Part shown: in pieces, positions 1 to 10,042 of the stretch
Layout of the letters: each line of letters begins with the position of its first letter
Position numbering within the stretch: position 1 is the first letter of the stretch
NCBI GenBank assembly: GCA_043822705.1
Contig: JBDRBK010000030.1
Coordinates: forward strand, 1-36,592
Direction of reading: 5' to 3'
DNA length: 36,592 nt
From: Fidelibacterota bacterium
GTDB lineage: Bacteria > Fidelibacterota > Marinisomatia > Marinisomatales > TCS56
The notes under the pieces: generated by a model
Databases searched by the model: none
What the model saw: the letters and a program-made list of their open reading frames with translations, nothing else
What the model was told of the DNA's origin: nothing
Position numbers and translations under genes: made by a program

Positions 1-11
1 GCCGTAATTTA

Positions 12-31
12 GTAACTCTAACCTGAGTTAA
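12..31. promoter_or_regulatory. Candidate TrmB-family operator, copy 1 (GTAACTC-TAACCT-GAGTTAA)
   Basis: Palindrome ending 19 bp upstream of the ATG at 51; matches the copies at 15013 and 24981 with one arm mismatch. Confidence 0.65.
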
Positions 32-50
32 TCATTAAAAGAGAAGCATT

Positions 51-2051
51 ATGAAATTCCCGCTGAAATTGTTGCTGGCAACTGCCATCACGGCCATACT
101 TATCAATTGCACCGCAAAGGACGAGGAAAACATGCTATCATACGGAGCTTTTGTCCGGGGGAACAGTACCACCTTCAGACTGCTGGCACCCAAAGCGCAG
201 CAGGTTTATCTGGTAATCTTCACTGCCCCGGAAGACAGCAACGGCCGGGAATACCCGATGCAACCGCAGGCGGGAGGTGTCTGGGAACTGAAAATGAAAA
301 ACACCGGTTATGGCATGCTTTACGGTTACCGGCTGGAGGGTCCCGCCCCGATCGATCCGAAGATAATCGTAGCCGATCCCTACACCAAGGCCGCAGTGAC
401 CCAAAACAGCTATCGCCACGTCGCCAAATCGCTGATCGTCAGGGAAGATTTCGACTGGGAAGGCGACCGCCCGCTGCGGCTGGATCCCCGGGACGCGGTG
501 ATCTACGAAATGCACGTCCGCGATCTGACAGCCGATCCCACGGCCGGTGCCAGCCAGCCCGGCACCTACCTGGGTCTGGTCGATCGTGACCAGCGCGGCG
601 GCATCGCCCACATCAAATCCATGGGTTTCAATGCCGTGGAACTGCTGCCGGCCATGGATTTCGCCAACGTGGAAGTGCCCTTCCGGGACAAGACCGCACC
701 GGTTTACAATACCTGGAATCCCTATGCCAGCAATCACTGGGGTTACATGACCACCTTTTTCTTCGCGCCCGAGACCTATTATGCCAGCGACGGCACCGAC
801 CAGCCCGGCGCCTGGAACGGCCGCGACGGCCGGGCGGTCCGGGAATTCAAAACGATGGTGAAGGAGTTTCACAAGGAAGGCATCGCCGTGTTGATGGACG
901 TGGTCTACAATCACGTTTCCAATTACGATTATCACCCGTTCAAATATATCGATCGGGAAAAATATTTTCGCCTGGATAAGAACGGCGAGTACGTGGCCCT
1001 CAGCGGCTGCGGCAACGATACCCGCACCGAGGACCCCACTGTCCGCCGGCTGATCCTGGAAAGCGTTAAGTACTGGCTCAGCGAGTACCATGTCGATGGT
1101 TTCCGCTTCGACCTGGCCTACCTGATCGACAAGGAAACCTGCGAACAGATTCTTAAAGAGGCCCGCAGGATCAATCCCGACGTGATCATTATCGCCGAAC
1201 CCTGGGGCGGCGGCTACGATCCCGACGGTTTCTCCGATATCGGCTGGGCGGCCTGGAACGATAAGTTCCGCAACGGCGTGAAAGGCCAGAATCCACGGGA
1301 CGGGCAGGGCTTCATCTTCGGCAAATGGCAAGGTGAAAACGATCCGGCCAGCCTGCGGCGTTATGTGCTGGGTTCACCGCGGGAACTCGGCGGTCAGTAT
1401 CTGGACGTCGCGCATTCGGTGAATTATCTCGAAGCCCACGATGATAATACCATGGGCGATTTCATCCGCCTGGCCACCGGGCAGGTCCAGGAAAATGAGA
1501 TCGTCCGCGACCGCGACACCAACGCCCGCATCACCGGCCGGCAACTGGCCTTGAATAAACTGGCGGCCCTGTACCTGCTCACCAGCCAGGGACCGGTGAT
1601 GATCCACGAGGGCCAGGAATGGGCCCGCAGCAAGGTCGTGGCGGCCACCGGCGCTCCCGATACCCAGGTCGGGCAAATCGATCATAATACCTATAATAAG
1701 GACAACGCCACCAACTGGCTCAACTGGGACGAACGGGACCAGAATCCGGAACTGGTGCAATTCTACCGCGATCTAATTGCCCTGCGGAAGACCTACCCGG
1801 AATTCCGCCATGGTGCGGCGGAGGATTTCGAGTTTATCGATACGGGTAAAAAGACGGCGCTGGCCTATATCCTCAAGGATAAATTTCTGGTCGCACTGAA
1901 CGGCCAATCCAGGGATTTGAAAATTAGTCTGCCGGCCGGCAACTGGCAGGTACTGGCTGACGGCAATTTGGTCAATCCCGACGGTGGCCGGGTGCTGACC
2001 GCTTCGGCTTCGGTTCCCGGCACCAGCGGCCTTGTGCTCAGAAAAATTTAG
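51..2051 (+). CDS. GH13 alpha-1,6-glucan debranching enzyme (pullulanase/isoamylase type) with N-terminal CBM48-like domain; probable lipoprotein
   Basis: Signal peptide ending ILINC; FRLLAPKAQQV/YGYRL/DPYTKA N-domain; IYEMHVRD; NHWGYMT; catalytic motifs DGFRFDLA, AEPW, YLEAHDD. Confidence 0.88.
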   Translation: MKFPLKLLLATAITAILINCTAKDEENMLSYGAFVRGNSTTFRLLAPKAQQVYLVIFTAPEDSNGREYPMQPQAGGVWELKMKNTGYGMLYGYRLEGPAPIDPKIIVADPYTKAAVTQNSYRHVAKSLIVREDFDWEGDRPLRLDPRDAVIYEMHVRDLTADPTAGASQPGTYLGLVDRDQRGGIAHIKSMGFNAVELLPAMDFANVEVPFRDKTAPVYNTWNPYASNHWGYMTTFFFAPETYYASDGTDQPGAWNGRDGRAVREFKTMVKEFHKEGIAVLMDVVYNHVSNYDYHPFKYIDREKYFRLDKNGEYVALSGCGNDTRTEDPTVRRLILESVKYWLSEYHVDGFRFDLAYLIDKETCEQILKEARRINPDVIIIAEPWGGGYDPDGFSDIGWAAWNDKFRNGVKGQNPRDGQGFIFGKWQGENDPASLRRYVLGSPRELGGQYLDVAHSVNYLEAHDDNTMGDFIRLATGQVQENEIVRDRDTNARITGRQLALNKLAALYLLTSQGPVMIHEGQEWARSKVVAATGAPDTQVGQIDHNTYNKDNATNWLNWDERDQNPELVQFYRDLIALRKTYPEFRHGAAEDFEFIDTGKKTALAYILKDKFLVALNGQSRDLKISLPAGNWQVLADGNLVNPDGGRVLTASASVPGTSGLVLRKI

Positions 2052-2173
2052 ATCGTTTCACCCAAAAAGAGCCACTACGGTAATTTACTGAATCAACAGC
2101 ATGAAAATCATATTCATTTAATAACCGGGAATAACAATATTGTTTGATTGATGGAAAAGAGGGATTATTACTC

Positions 2174-2341
2174 CATCCATGTGAATTATTGGATTATCCG
2201 GGTGTACCAACGTTTCGTCCATTAGTACCATTGTCTCGTCCAGGTGGACCAGACTTCCGTCCAGGTGGACGATTCTTCCGTCTATGTGGACCAGGCTTCC
2301 GTCGAGGTGGACGGGCTAATCGTCCAGATAAATTGAGCAAT
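2174..2341. repeat. Degenerate 21-bp tandem repeat array (about 8 units, core cGTCCAggTGGAC)
   Basis: Units start at 2174, 2195, 2216, 2237, 2258, 2279, 2300, 2321; central units cgtccaggtggaccagacttc, cgtccaggtggacgattcttc, cgtctatgtggaccaggcttc, cgtcgaggtggacgggctaat. Confidence 0.85.
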
Positions 2342-2450
2342 AGTACAGAATATTATTAGGAGTGAGTACCTGGATTTCTAATATTATTTGTCGGACATCC
2401 CATAGAGTTGTCCTTGCAAATAACCGCCGGCAACCTGAAATAAAAATGGA

Positions 2451-5348
2451 TTATTTCAGCAACAACAGTTTCCGGGAAAGCGTCCTGTTTTCAGTCCTTA
2501 GAATATAGAAGTACATTCCGCTGGCGACCGGATCGCCGCCGGCCGCTCGGCCGTTCCAGATGACCGAATAATTGCCGCCGGGCAGCCAGGAATCGGTCAG
2601 CCGGCTGATTTCCCGGCCCAGCAGATCGTAGATCGCCAGTTCCACCGGTCCCGCCGCCGGCAGGGCGAAATCGATCCGGGTTTCGGGGTTGAACGGATTG
2701 GGGTAATTCTGATTCAGACTCAGCTCTTCCGGCAGCGGCAAATCGGCCTGTTCCACCGCCAACAGACCCGGTTCCGGCGGTTCCACGTACTGATCGGTGT
2801 AAATCCGCAGTTCGCCGGCGACCAGGGTGATCGGATCGGCTGTGTTGGTGACCGTCAGACTGGTACCGGAGAAATACTCGTACCAGGTACCGGAATAATA
2901 AAAATCCGGCGTTATGGACTGGCTGTACATACCAAAATTGCCCAGAATTATTACATTCATTGATGAATGGGAAAGCCGGATACGTTTTTTCCCATCACTA
3001 CCGTTTAATGATAATTCAACAGTTGTTGCCGGGCTGCGGAAAACTTCATTTTCCCGGCGCAGTTTTAATAAAGTCTGGAACGTTTTATACAAGCGTAGAC
3101 GGTCCGGGTCCTGCAGGTACTCCCAGCGTGGCGGTTTATTACTTAACCGACCGCCATCATCAATGGAAACATCGTAGCCGCGTTCGCCAAATTGCCAGAT
3201 CATTTTCGGCCCCGGCAGGGTCAGGAAAAAACCAGCGGCGAGTTTCATACGGTTCAGAGCAGTACTCAGATGCCGTATGCTGTAGCCGGTCACCGCATTA
3301 CCGTAAATCAGGTTTTTATACATCAACCGTTCTTCGTCATGACTTTCCATATAGGTTACAACGTGGGGAACCGTCCAACTGCGAGATTTATAATAGCCCC
3401 AGGAAAAATCTGAAATTATTTCCTCAAAGTTATTAACATGATAACCCATAGTTGCCTCATTATAGGGCACGGTCATTTTGCCCCAGAGCAGCATTCCATA
3501 GTTGGCTAATTCCTTTTCTTCAACATTGTCGCCCAAGTGTTCCAGGATCACATAGGTGTCGCTATTCACTTCCCAGACTTTATCCGCCATCCGTTTGAGC
3601 AAAACTATACGCCCCGCATTGTAATCATAGAAACTACCGGTCTGCATAAATCCTTTGGACAGATCAAACCGGTAGCCATCAACCTGATATTCAGTGATCC
3701 AGTGAGCGTTAACGCGGTCCACCAGAGCTTTACTGTGGGCGCTCTCATGGTTGATGTCATAGCCGACATTAAAGTCATGTTTGGCAACCGGATTAAACCA
3801 GGGACTGTTGGCAGCCGGACGATTATTAGCCGAATCCCAATACAGACGCACCAGGGACGATTGCCCAAAGGAATGATTCAAAACCATATCCAGGATTACG
3901 GCAATTCCGCGGCGGTGGCACTCATCAATAAACGTCTTCAGATCGTTGACAGGACCATAATATTTATCCGGTGCAAAATAAAAAGACGGATTATAGCCCC
4001 AGCTTTCGTTGCCTTCAAATTCATTGATCGGCATCAGTTCGATGGCATTGACACCCAGGTTTTCCAGATAATCAATAGTGTCGATCAGGGTTTTGTAATC
4101 ATGGGCGGCCAAGAAATCCCGAATCAGCAATTCATAAACGATCAATTCTTCTTTGGGCGGTCGCTGGTAACTGTCACTGTACTGCCAGTTGAAGGCGGTC
4201 TGTCCGGTTTGCAGAATTGAAACCGGTTCATTGGTTTTATTTTCCGGGTACGGTTTCAGATTGGGATAGGTTGTTCCATCGATATATTTGTCATTCCAGG
4301 GATCGAGGACTTTTTCGGTATAGGGATCGGCTATTCGCAGTTCTTCATTTACCAGGTACTGAAAAGCATATTCCTCACCAGCGGTCAGCCCGTCGATGGT
4401 CACCCACCACACGGTACTGTCGACGCTCAGTTGATAGTGGTTCATAAAACAGGTCGTGTCGACTTTCCAATCACTGAAATCGCCAATGGCATAAACATTG
4501 GATTTATAGGGCGCAAACAATGCCAATGTCACGGAAGTGTCGCTGAGATAATTGATGCCGGGGATAATTCCCGCCGGCAGCGGCCGGTCGCGCACTTCGG
4601 GGTTGACCATGATATAGATACTGGAAGTATCGCGGGTGCCTTTGGTATCGCTGGCGATCAAGGTAATTTCCTTGGGGCCGAAACCATGATCATCGACCAC
4701 AAAATCGTATTTCAGGGTATCGGTCGTATCGGCCAGGACCAGCAGATCTTCCACAAACAACCACAGTGAATCCAGGGGGAATGATTCCAGGTAGGCAGTG
4801 CAGACGATCGGGATCGTTTCACCGGCTTCGGCGAACAGTGGTGTTCGCAACGGATGGCCATAGGACGTTTGCACAATCGGCTCTAGGATGACCGCATTCA
4901 AGACCGGCTCGAGGAAAGTGATATCCCAGTTAGTCCCACCGGTATTATGTCCCCAGGAGGAACCGGGAACCGAAGGTGTCCCGGTATTGACTACATAGTG
5001 GAGCGTTGCTACGGCACTATTGGTTGGAATTGTAACTTGCCAGATAGTACCAATCTGTTTGTTCATCGCTGTACGGACGGCGCCATCACCGGAGGCAACC
5101 GTACCGGCCGGCCACACATCCGTGGAGGGAATCTGCCAGGCGCCATGACTGGTTTCATTGACACCCCAATGAAGCACCAGACTGGTGGCGGCATCCGGTA
5201 TTTCGCTGTTTTGAGCAGCATTAAAAGTAATAATGAGCGAGTCACCGGATACCGGAAAAGTCGGTGTCCAGGAACTGCCGTTTTGACCGCTGACTATTGC
5301 TATCACTATTAATACTGATAAGACAATCGCACGCAACTTCTGCTCCAT
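2451..5348 (-). CDS. Secreted GH13 alpha-amylase-family enzyme with N-terminal starch-binding module, CBM48-like domain and C-terminal FlgD-Ig/T9SS-type sorting domain
   Basis: Signal peptide; LFAPYK, YELLIRDF, SWGYNP, DGYRFDLSKGF, ILEHL, YMESHDEER; C-terminal NYPNPFNPETRIDF...IYDLLGREI...WNG...SGMYFY. Confidence 0.88.
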   Translation of the reverse strand: MEQKLRAIVLSVLIVIAIVSGQNGSSWTPTFPVSGDSLIITFNAAQNSEIPDAATSLVLHWGVNETSHGAWQIPSTDVWPAGTVASGDGAVRTAMNKQIGTIWQVTIPTNSAVATLHYVVNTGTPSVPGSSWGHNTGGTNWDITFLEPVLNAVILEPIVQTSYGHPLRTPLFAEAGETIPIVCTAYLESFPLDSLWLFVEDLLVLADTTDTLKYDFVVDDHGFGPKEITLIASDTKGTRDTSSIYIMVNPEVRDRPLPAGIIPGINYLSDTSVTLALFAPYKSNVYAIGDFSDWKVDTTCFMNHYQLSVDSTVWWVTIDGLTAGEEYAFQYLVNEELRIADPYTEKVLDPWNDKYIDGTTYPNLKPYPENKTNEPVSILQTGQTAFNWQYSDSYQRPPKEELIVYELLIRDFLAAHDYKTLIDTIDYLENLGVNAIELMPINEFEGNESWGYNPSFYFAPDKYYGPVNDLKTFIDECHRRGIAVILDMVLNHSFGQSSLVRLYWDSANNRPAANSPWFNPVAKHDFNVGYDINHESAHSKALVDRVNAHWITEYQVDGYRFDLSKGFMQTGSFYDYNAGRIVLLKRMADKVWEVNSDTYVILEHLGDNVEEKELANYGMLLWGKMTVPYNEATMGYHVNNFEEIISDFSWGYYKSRSWTVPHVVTYMESHDEERLMYKNLIYGNAVTGYSIRHLSTALNRMKLAAGFFLTLPGPKMIWQFGERGYDVSIDDGGRLSNKPPRWEYLQDPDRLRLYKTFQTLLKLRRENEVFRSPATTVELSLNGSDGKKRIRLSHSSMNVIILGNFGMYSQSITPDFYYSGTWYEYFSGTSLTVTNTADPITLVAGELRIYTDQYVEPPEPGLLAVEQADLPLPEELSLNQNYPNPFNPETRIDFALPAAGPVELAIYDLLGREISRLTDSWLPGGNYSVIWNGRAAGGDPVASGMYFYILRTENRTLSRKLLLLK

Positions 5349-5367
5349 AATAATCTCAATTTTCCTG

Positions 5368-7173
5368 TTACGATTGATCCATTTTCACTTCGGTGGACAA
5401 GTGCCTGAACCAGGTAAAATACAGTCCGGCGGTCAAAGCCGCAAGTAACAGACCCAGAACCGTAACGTTCAGCCAGGTTTTAAACACCAGACTCATCATG
5501 AACAGGAAGAACACCACCTGCCACGGCACGGCCATGATCACGGCGATAATATCGCGCCGGTTTTCGGCATCCACGCCCAGGCGTTCGCGGGCGGAGAGCT
5601 GGTTGCGGAAACGGTGCCAGGCGCCGAACGGCCGGGTGATCCGGTAGAAATCCGTCAGGACTTTATCCTCGGTCGGGCTGGTCAGAAGGGTTCCCAGAAT
5701 CGTGCCGATCAGGGAAGCCGAGCTGGAAACCATGAACATCGTGTATTCGGTCACTCCGGCCGGGGAAATGGCCTTGAAGATGATCGCCACCACCATGCCG
5801 GAGATCGTACCGATGGCAAAACCGTAACCGTTCATCCGCCACCAATACCAGCGCAGCAACATCGGAATCAACATGCCGGAGCCGATACTCATGGTGATCC
5901 AGCCCCAGACCTCATTGATATTCTTGAAAACCAGCATCAGTCCCAGGCCGAGGACAACGATGCCTATCGAAGCCAGGTAGCTCTGCATCATCAACTGTTT
6001 GCGGGAGGCGTCTTTTTTGATATAGAGCTGGTAGATATCTCGGACCCAGTAGGCGGCCCCGGCATTGACGGTGGAATCGAAGGTCGACATGCCCGCCGCC
6101 ATCAGGCCGGCCACCAGAAAACCTTTGATACCGACCGGAATCGTATCGATCACCGTTGGCAGCACCAGTTCCGGATCGGTCACCGCCGCACCCAGTGAAA
6201 TGCCGATTACGGCAATCGAGCCGATAAATATCCAGCGGAAGGACAGCAGAAACACCCAGAAGGCACTGAGCAGCCCGGCCTCGCGATCGTTCTTGGCCGC
6301 AAAGAAACGCTGCAACATGTAATTACCGGTCCCGCCGGAACCTTCCAGAATCACCTTGAACAGGTAAAATGAGATGGCGATGCCGAACAGGTTGTAAATC
6401 GAGTACTGCGAGGCGTTGTCGATATCCAGCGTAAATTTGGGCAACACGCTGGACCATTCCTTGAAGGTGGTGGAAAAACGCTCAAAGCCGCCATCAAACA
6501 TCGGCATGGAAATGGTGAATTCCTCCGGCAGGTCGATGCCCCAGGCCTTGACGGCCATGTACAGGATCGCCGAAAAAATCAGGGCGCCCTGAAACACATC
6601 GGTCCAGACCACGCCATACAGGCCGGAAGCGACGGTGTAAATCATGGCAATCGAAATCAGCACCGTGGCGGCCCAGAACTCCGACGGCAGCCCCAGGTAG
6701 TTCTCGATACCAAGGAAGCGGTCGAGGAATTTGCCGCCGCCCAGGGCGAAATAGGTCACCATCGCAATCGTCATGACAATCGAGCTGATGGCGCTGATCA
6801 ACCGGGCGGTCCGGCCCTGGGTATCCTTACCGAAACGCAGTTCCATCCATTCCGCCAGGGTCATTACTTTCGAGCGGGCGTTCCATTTACCCATATAGAT
6901 CATCAGGAATGCCATGATCAGCGTGACGCCGCCGCGGATTTCAATATAAAAACCTTTGGCTCCCAGGGCATAAATCAGGGCGGCGATGATCATCGTACCG
7001 CTGATATCCAGGTTGGAAGACATACCCGAAGACGCCAGGGCCCACCACGGCAGATCGCGGTTGCCTAGAAAATAACTGTCAATCCCCTCCGCGGCCTTGC
7101 GCTGGAGGTACAGCCCCACCAGCACGATTGCCAGCAGGTAAATGCCAACGATAACATAATCGATTGCGTGCAT
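5368..7173 (-). CDS. Sodium:solute symporter (SSS family), probable sugar importer
   Basis: Many TM helices; SYFLGNRDLPWW, GLYGVVWTDVFQG, LQRFFAAK, GLMAAGMSTFDS motifs. Confidence 0.88.
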   Translation of the reverse strand: MHAIDYVIVGIYLLAIVLVGLYLQRKAAEGIDSYFLGNRDLPWWALASSGMSSNLDISGTMIIAALIYALGAKGFYIEIRGGVTLIMAFLMIYMGKWNARSKVMTLAEWMELRFGKDTQGRTARLISAISSIVMTIAMVTYFALGGGKFLDRFLGIENYLGLPSEFWAATVLISIAMIYTVASGLYGVVWTDVFQGALIFSAILYMAVKAWGIDLPEEFTISMPMFDGGFERFSTTFKEWSSVLPKFTLDIDNASQYSIYNLFGIAISFYLFKVILEGSGGTGNYMLQRFFAAKNDREAGLLSAFWVFLLSFRWIFIGSIAVIGISLGAAVTDPELVLPTVIDTIPVGIKGFLVAGLMAAGMSTFDSTVNAGAAYWVRDIYQLYIKKDASRKQLMMQSYLASIGIVVLGLGLMLVFKNINEVWGWITMSIGSGMLIPMLLRWYWWRMNGYGFAIGTISGMVVAIIFKAISPAGVTEYTMFMVSSSASLIGTILGTLLTSPTEDKVLTDFYRITRPFGAWHRFRNQLSARERLGVDAENRRDIIAVIMAVPWQVVFFLFMMSLVFKTWLNVTVLGLLLAALTAGLYFTWFRHLSTEVKMDQS

Positions 7174-7245
7174 TGCTTTGCTCCTTGTCCTGCTAACCCC
7201 AATTTGGTCCGGTCGCCGCCGAACCGTTAAATTTGCTCTTTGTCC

Positions 7246-8490
7246 TCAGATTATCGTACCATCCGGTATGACGGTGTTTTTCGGGACGACGATGATTCCA
7301 TCGCGGATGCAGCAATATTCATTTTCCGTGCGTTCCAGGCGATCACGATTCTCCAGCCGTACATTTTTCCCGATCCGCACGTTCTTATCCAGAATCACCC
7401 GTTTCAGAACCGATCCGGTCCCGACCCCCAGCGCTATTTTGGCATTATCGATGGACCGATTTTCGAAAATATCGGCCCCCATCATATAGACCTGATCGAA
7501 TTCGACGTCATCACTGACGACGCTACGCACCCCCAGAATCGAGCGGTTGATCCGCGCCCTGCCGATCAGGCAACCCTCATTGATGATCGACCGGCTGATT
7601 TCCGCGCCTTCCACCCGGCTGCCCGGCAGAAACCGCGGCCGGGTATAAATCGGATTGATCACATCGAAAAAACTGAAGGCCGGTTTATCGTCGGTCAGGG
7701 CGATGCTGGAATCGAAAAATGAACCGATCGTCCCGATGTCTTCCCAGTAGCCATTAAACCGGTAAACAGTTGTGCGAAAATTTTTCAAACAAGCCGGAAT
7801 GATATTTTTCCCAAAATCATTGCCGGCGAACTTCAGCGCCTGCCCAAGAATGTCTTTCCGGAAGATATAAATTCCCATCGATCCCAAAACGCAATCATTG
7901 TCATCGCATTTGACAGCCAGCTCCCGGATCAGTTGCGGATCATCGGGTTTTTCCACGAAACGCCGGACGACCCCCTCCTCGTCGCATTGCAGCACCCCGA
8001 ACCGGGAAGCCGATTCCACCGGGATCGGCATCGCGGCAATCGTTACCTCGGCCCCGCTCTCCAGATGAGCACGGTAAAACTCGCTGTAATCCATGGAATA
8101 GAGATGGTCCCCGGCCAGGATCAGGAAATGGCTGGCGGACAACTTGGCGAAGCGCTCCCAGTAGGACCGGACGGCGTCGGCCGTTCCTTGAAACCAGTTG
8201 GCTTCCTTTAGGGTCTGCTGGGCCGCCAGAATCTCGATATTGCCTTCGGTGAACATGTCGAATTTGTAGGTCTGAAAAATATGCCGGTGCAGGGAAGCAG
8301 TGTTGACCTGGGTGAGAATATGGATATTCTTGATCCCCGAATTAATGCAATTGCTGACCGGAATATCGATCAACCGGTATTTACCGGCGATCGAAACGGC
8401 CGGCTTGGCCCGGTCCATGGTCAACGGGTACAGCCGCTCGCCGCGGCCGCCACCCATGATGATCGCATCCAGCCGCGAGCGCTCACGCAT
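7246..8490 (-). CDS. glgC: Glucose-1-phosphate adenylyltransferase (ADP-glucose pyrophosphorylase)
   Basis: GGGRGERLYPLT..RAKPAV..AGKYRLIDIP, WFQGTADAV, FVEKP, YWEDIGT and C-terminal beta-helix; start set to ATG 8490, overlapping the glgA stop. Confidence 0.95.
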   Translation of the reverse strand: MRERSRLDAIIMGGGRGERLYPLTMDRAKPAVSIAGKYRLIDIPVSNCINSGIKNIHILTQVNTASLHRHIFQTYKFDMFTEGNIEILAAQQTLKEANWFQGTADAVRSYWERFAKLSASHFLILAGDHLYSMDYSEFYRAHLESGAEVTIAAMPIPVESASRFGVLQCDEEGVVRRFVEKPDDPQLIRELAVKCDDNDCVLGSMGIYIFRKDILGQALKFAGNDFGKNIIPACLKNFRTTVYRFNGYWEDIGTIGSFFDSSIALTDDKPAFSFFDVINPIYTRPRFLPGSRVEGAEISRSIINEGCLIGRARINRSILGVRSVVSDDVEFDQVYMMGADIFENRSIDNAKIALGVGTGSVLKRVILDKNVRIGKNVRLENRDRLERTENEYCCIRDGIIVVPKNTVIPDGTII

Positions 8491-9940
8491 GTGCAGCCCC
8501 CTGATCAATTATCGATTGATATAATTCCATGTAATCAGATGCCGCCTTTTCCCAGGAAAAATCGGCGGTCATGGCGTTGCGGATCAATTGTTCCCAATCC
8601 GTTGCATGCTCGCGATAGACGGTGACCGCCCGCAGGACCGCCTGCAGCAGGGCATCGCCGGAGTAATCCGCGAACACAAAACCGTTACCTTCCGTGCCGT
8701 CCCAGTCGCTGACCGTATCCGCCAGCCCGCCGGTACGATGGACGATCGGCGGCGTGCCGTATTTGAGACTGTAGATCTGGTTCAGGCCGCAGGGCTCGAA
8801 GCGCGACGGCATCAGGAACAGATCGGCGCCAGCCTCGATCAGATGGGCCAATGGTTCATCATAAGCCATATTGAATGCAATCCGTTCCGGATATTTTTCA
8901 GCCCAGTCCCGCAATTGATCCTGGTAGACTTGATAACCGGTACCGAGAAATACCAGGCGGACCGGCAGACTCAGCAAGCGCCCCATGCTATCGAGAATCA
9001 GGTCGAAGCCCTTGGATTCCACCAGTCGTGATATGGAGCCGAGCACAGCGGTGTCGGGATCGGCCGGCAGACCGCAGCGTTCCAGCAGGGATTTTTTATT
9101 CTGCTGCTTCCGGGGGATTGAATCAATGCCGTAATTGGCCGTGATAAACCGATCGTAGGCGGGATTCCAGTAAGAATAATCGGCTCCGTTCAGGATGCCG
9201 GAAAATTTATTGCGGTGCTGTTTCAGTGTCGCTTGCAGACCGAAGGCCTGTTCCGGGTCGGCTAGCAATTCCCGGGCGTAGGTAGGACTGACCGTGTTGA
9301 CATGATTCGCCTTACGGATACCCAGTTCGAGAGCGTTGAACACTGTCATGTCCGGCGGATAAAGATTGAGTAGCGCCTGCTGTTCTTCCGGTCCAAACAG
9401 GGAAAGTTCGTCGCGGCCGAACTGGCCCTGATACTGGAAATTGTGGACCGTCAACAGTGCCGGCAGCGCCAGTCTGTGACTGTCCAGCAGGAACGGCAGC
9501 AAGGCGGTGTGATGATCGTTGATGTGAATCAGGTCGGGCCTGAGGATTCCCCGCCTGATCAGATCGACCAGCACTTTCTGAAAAAAAATGAACCGGGCAT
9601 TATTGTCCAGATAGCCTTCGCCGTTCCGCTGGGTGTATATCCCTTGCCGCCCGAAGAAAAACCGGTTATGAACAAACAGACACTCCAGATATGGATTGTC
9701 AACGTTGGTGCACTTGGCGATTTCATAGGGATGGGATGTCTGTTCCAGCCGCACCGAACCGGTGACCCCGACTTTGGTGATTTCATGCCGGACGCAATCG
9801 ATCTGCTTATACATGGGCGAGATTACCTGAACCTGCAGCCCGCGGCGGGCCAATTCCCACGGCAACGCCCCGGCCACATCGGCCAATCCTCCGACTTTGG
9901 AAAAGGGGGCGACTTCGGCGGCGGCAAACAGGATTTTCAT
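8483..9940 (-). CDS. glgA: Glycogen/starch synthase (GT5)
   Basis: EVAPFSKVGGLADV (KxGGL), TVHNFQYQG, TVSPTYA, ILNG, SRLVESKG, PSRFEPCGLNQ, TGGLADTV. Confidence 0.95.
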   Translation of the reverse strand: MKILFAAAEVAPFSKVGGLADVAGALPWELARRGLQVQVISPMYKQIDCVRHEITKVGVTGSVRLEQTSHPYEIAKCTNVDNPYLECLFVHNRFFFGRQGIYTQRNGEGYLDNNARFIFFQKVLVDLIRRGILRPDLIHINDHHTALLPFLLDSHRLALPALLTVHNFQYQGQFGRDELSLFGPEEQQALLNLYPPDMTVFNALELGIRKANHVNTVSPTYARELLADPEQAFGLQATLKQHRNKFSGILNGADYSYWNPAYDRFITANYGIDSIPRKQQNKKSLLERCGLPADPDTAVLGSISRLVESKGFDLILDSMGRLLSLPVRLVFLGTGYQVYQDQLRDWAEKYPERIAFNMAYDEPLAHLIEAGADLFLMPSRFEPCGLNQIYSLKYGTPPIVHRTGGLADTVSDWDGTEGNGFVFADYSGDALLQAVLRAVTVYREHATDWEQLIRNAMTADFSWEKAASDYMELYQSIIDQGAAHA

Positions 9941-10042
9941 GACCTAACTTACAGGTTTACCGGCATGTTGTTCAAAATATTTAATGAATCGTCCCTACGC
10001 GGGTGCTTACTCCTGGTATTGCCGGCTGTGTCAGAGCCCAAT

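Noticed and set aside
138..1331. 397-aa antisense ORF
   Set aside because: Shadow of the GC3-rich GH13 gene on the opposite strand; no recognisable motifs
2174..2341. CRISPR array interpretation of the 21-bp repeats
   Set aside because: The period is only 21 bp with about 8-nt variable parts, the repeats are degenerate and no cas genes are present
2144..2359. 71-aa plus-strand ORF over the repeat array
   Set aside because: TTG start without a clear RBS; the Pro/Gly/Arg-rich sequence is a by-product of the repeat
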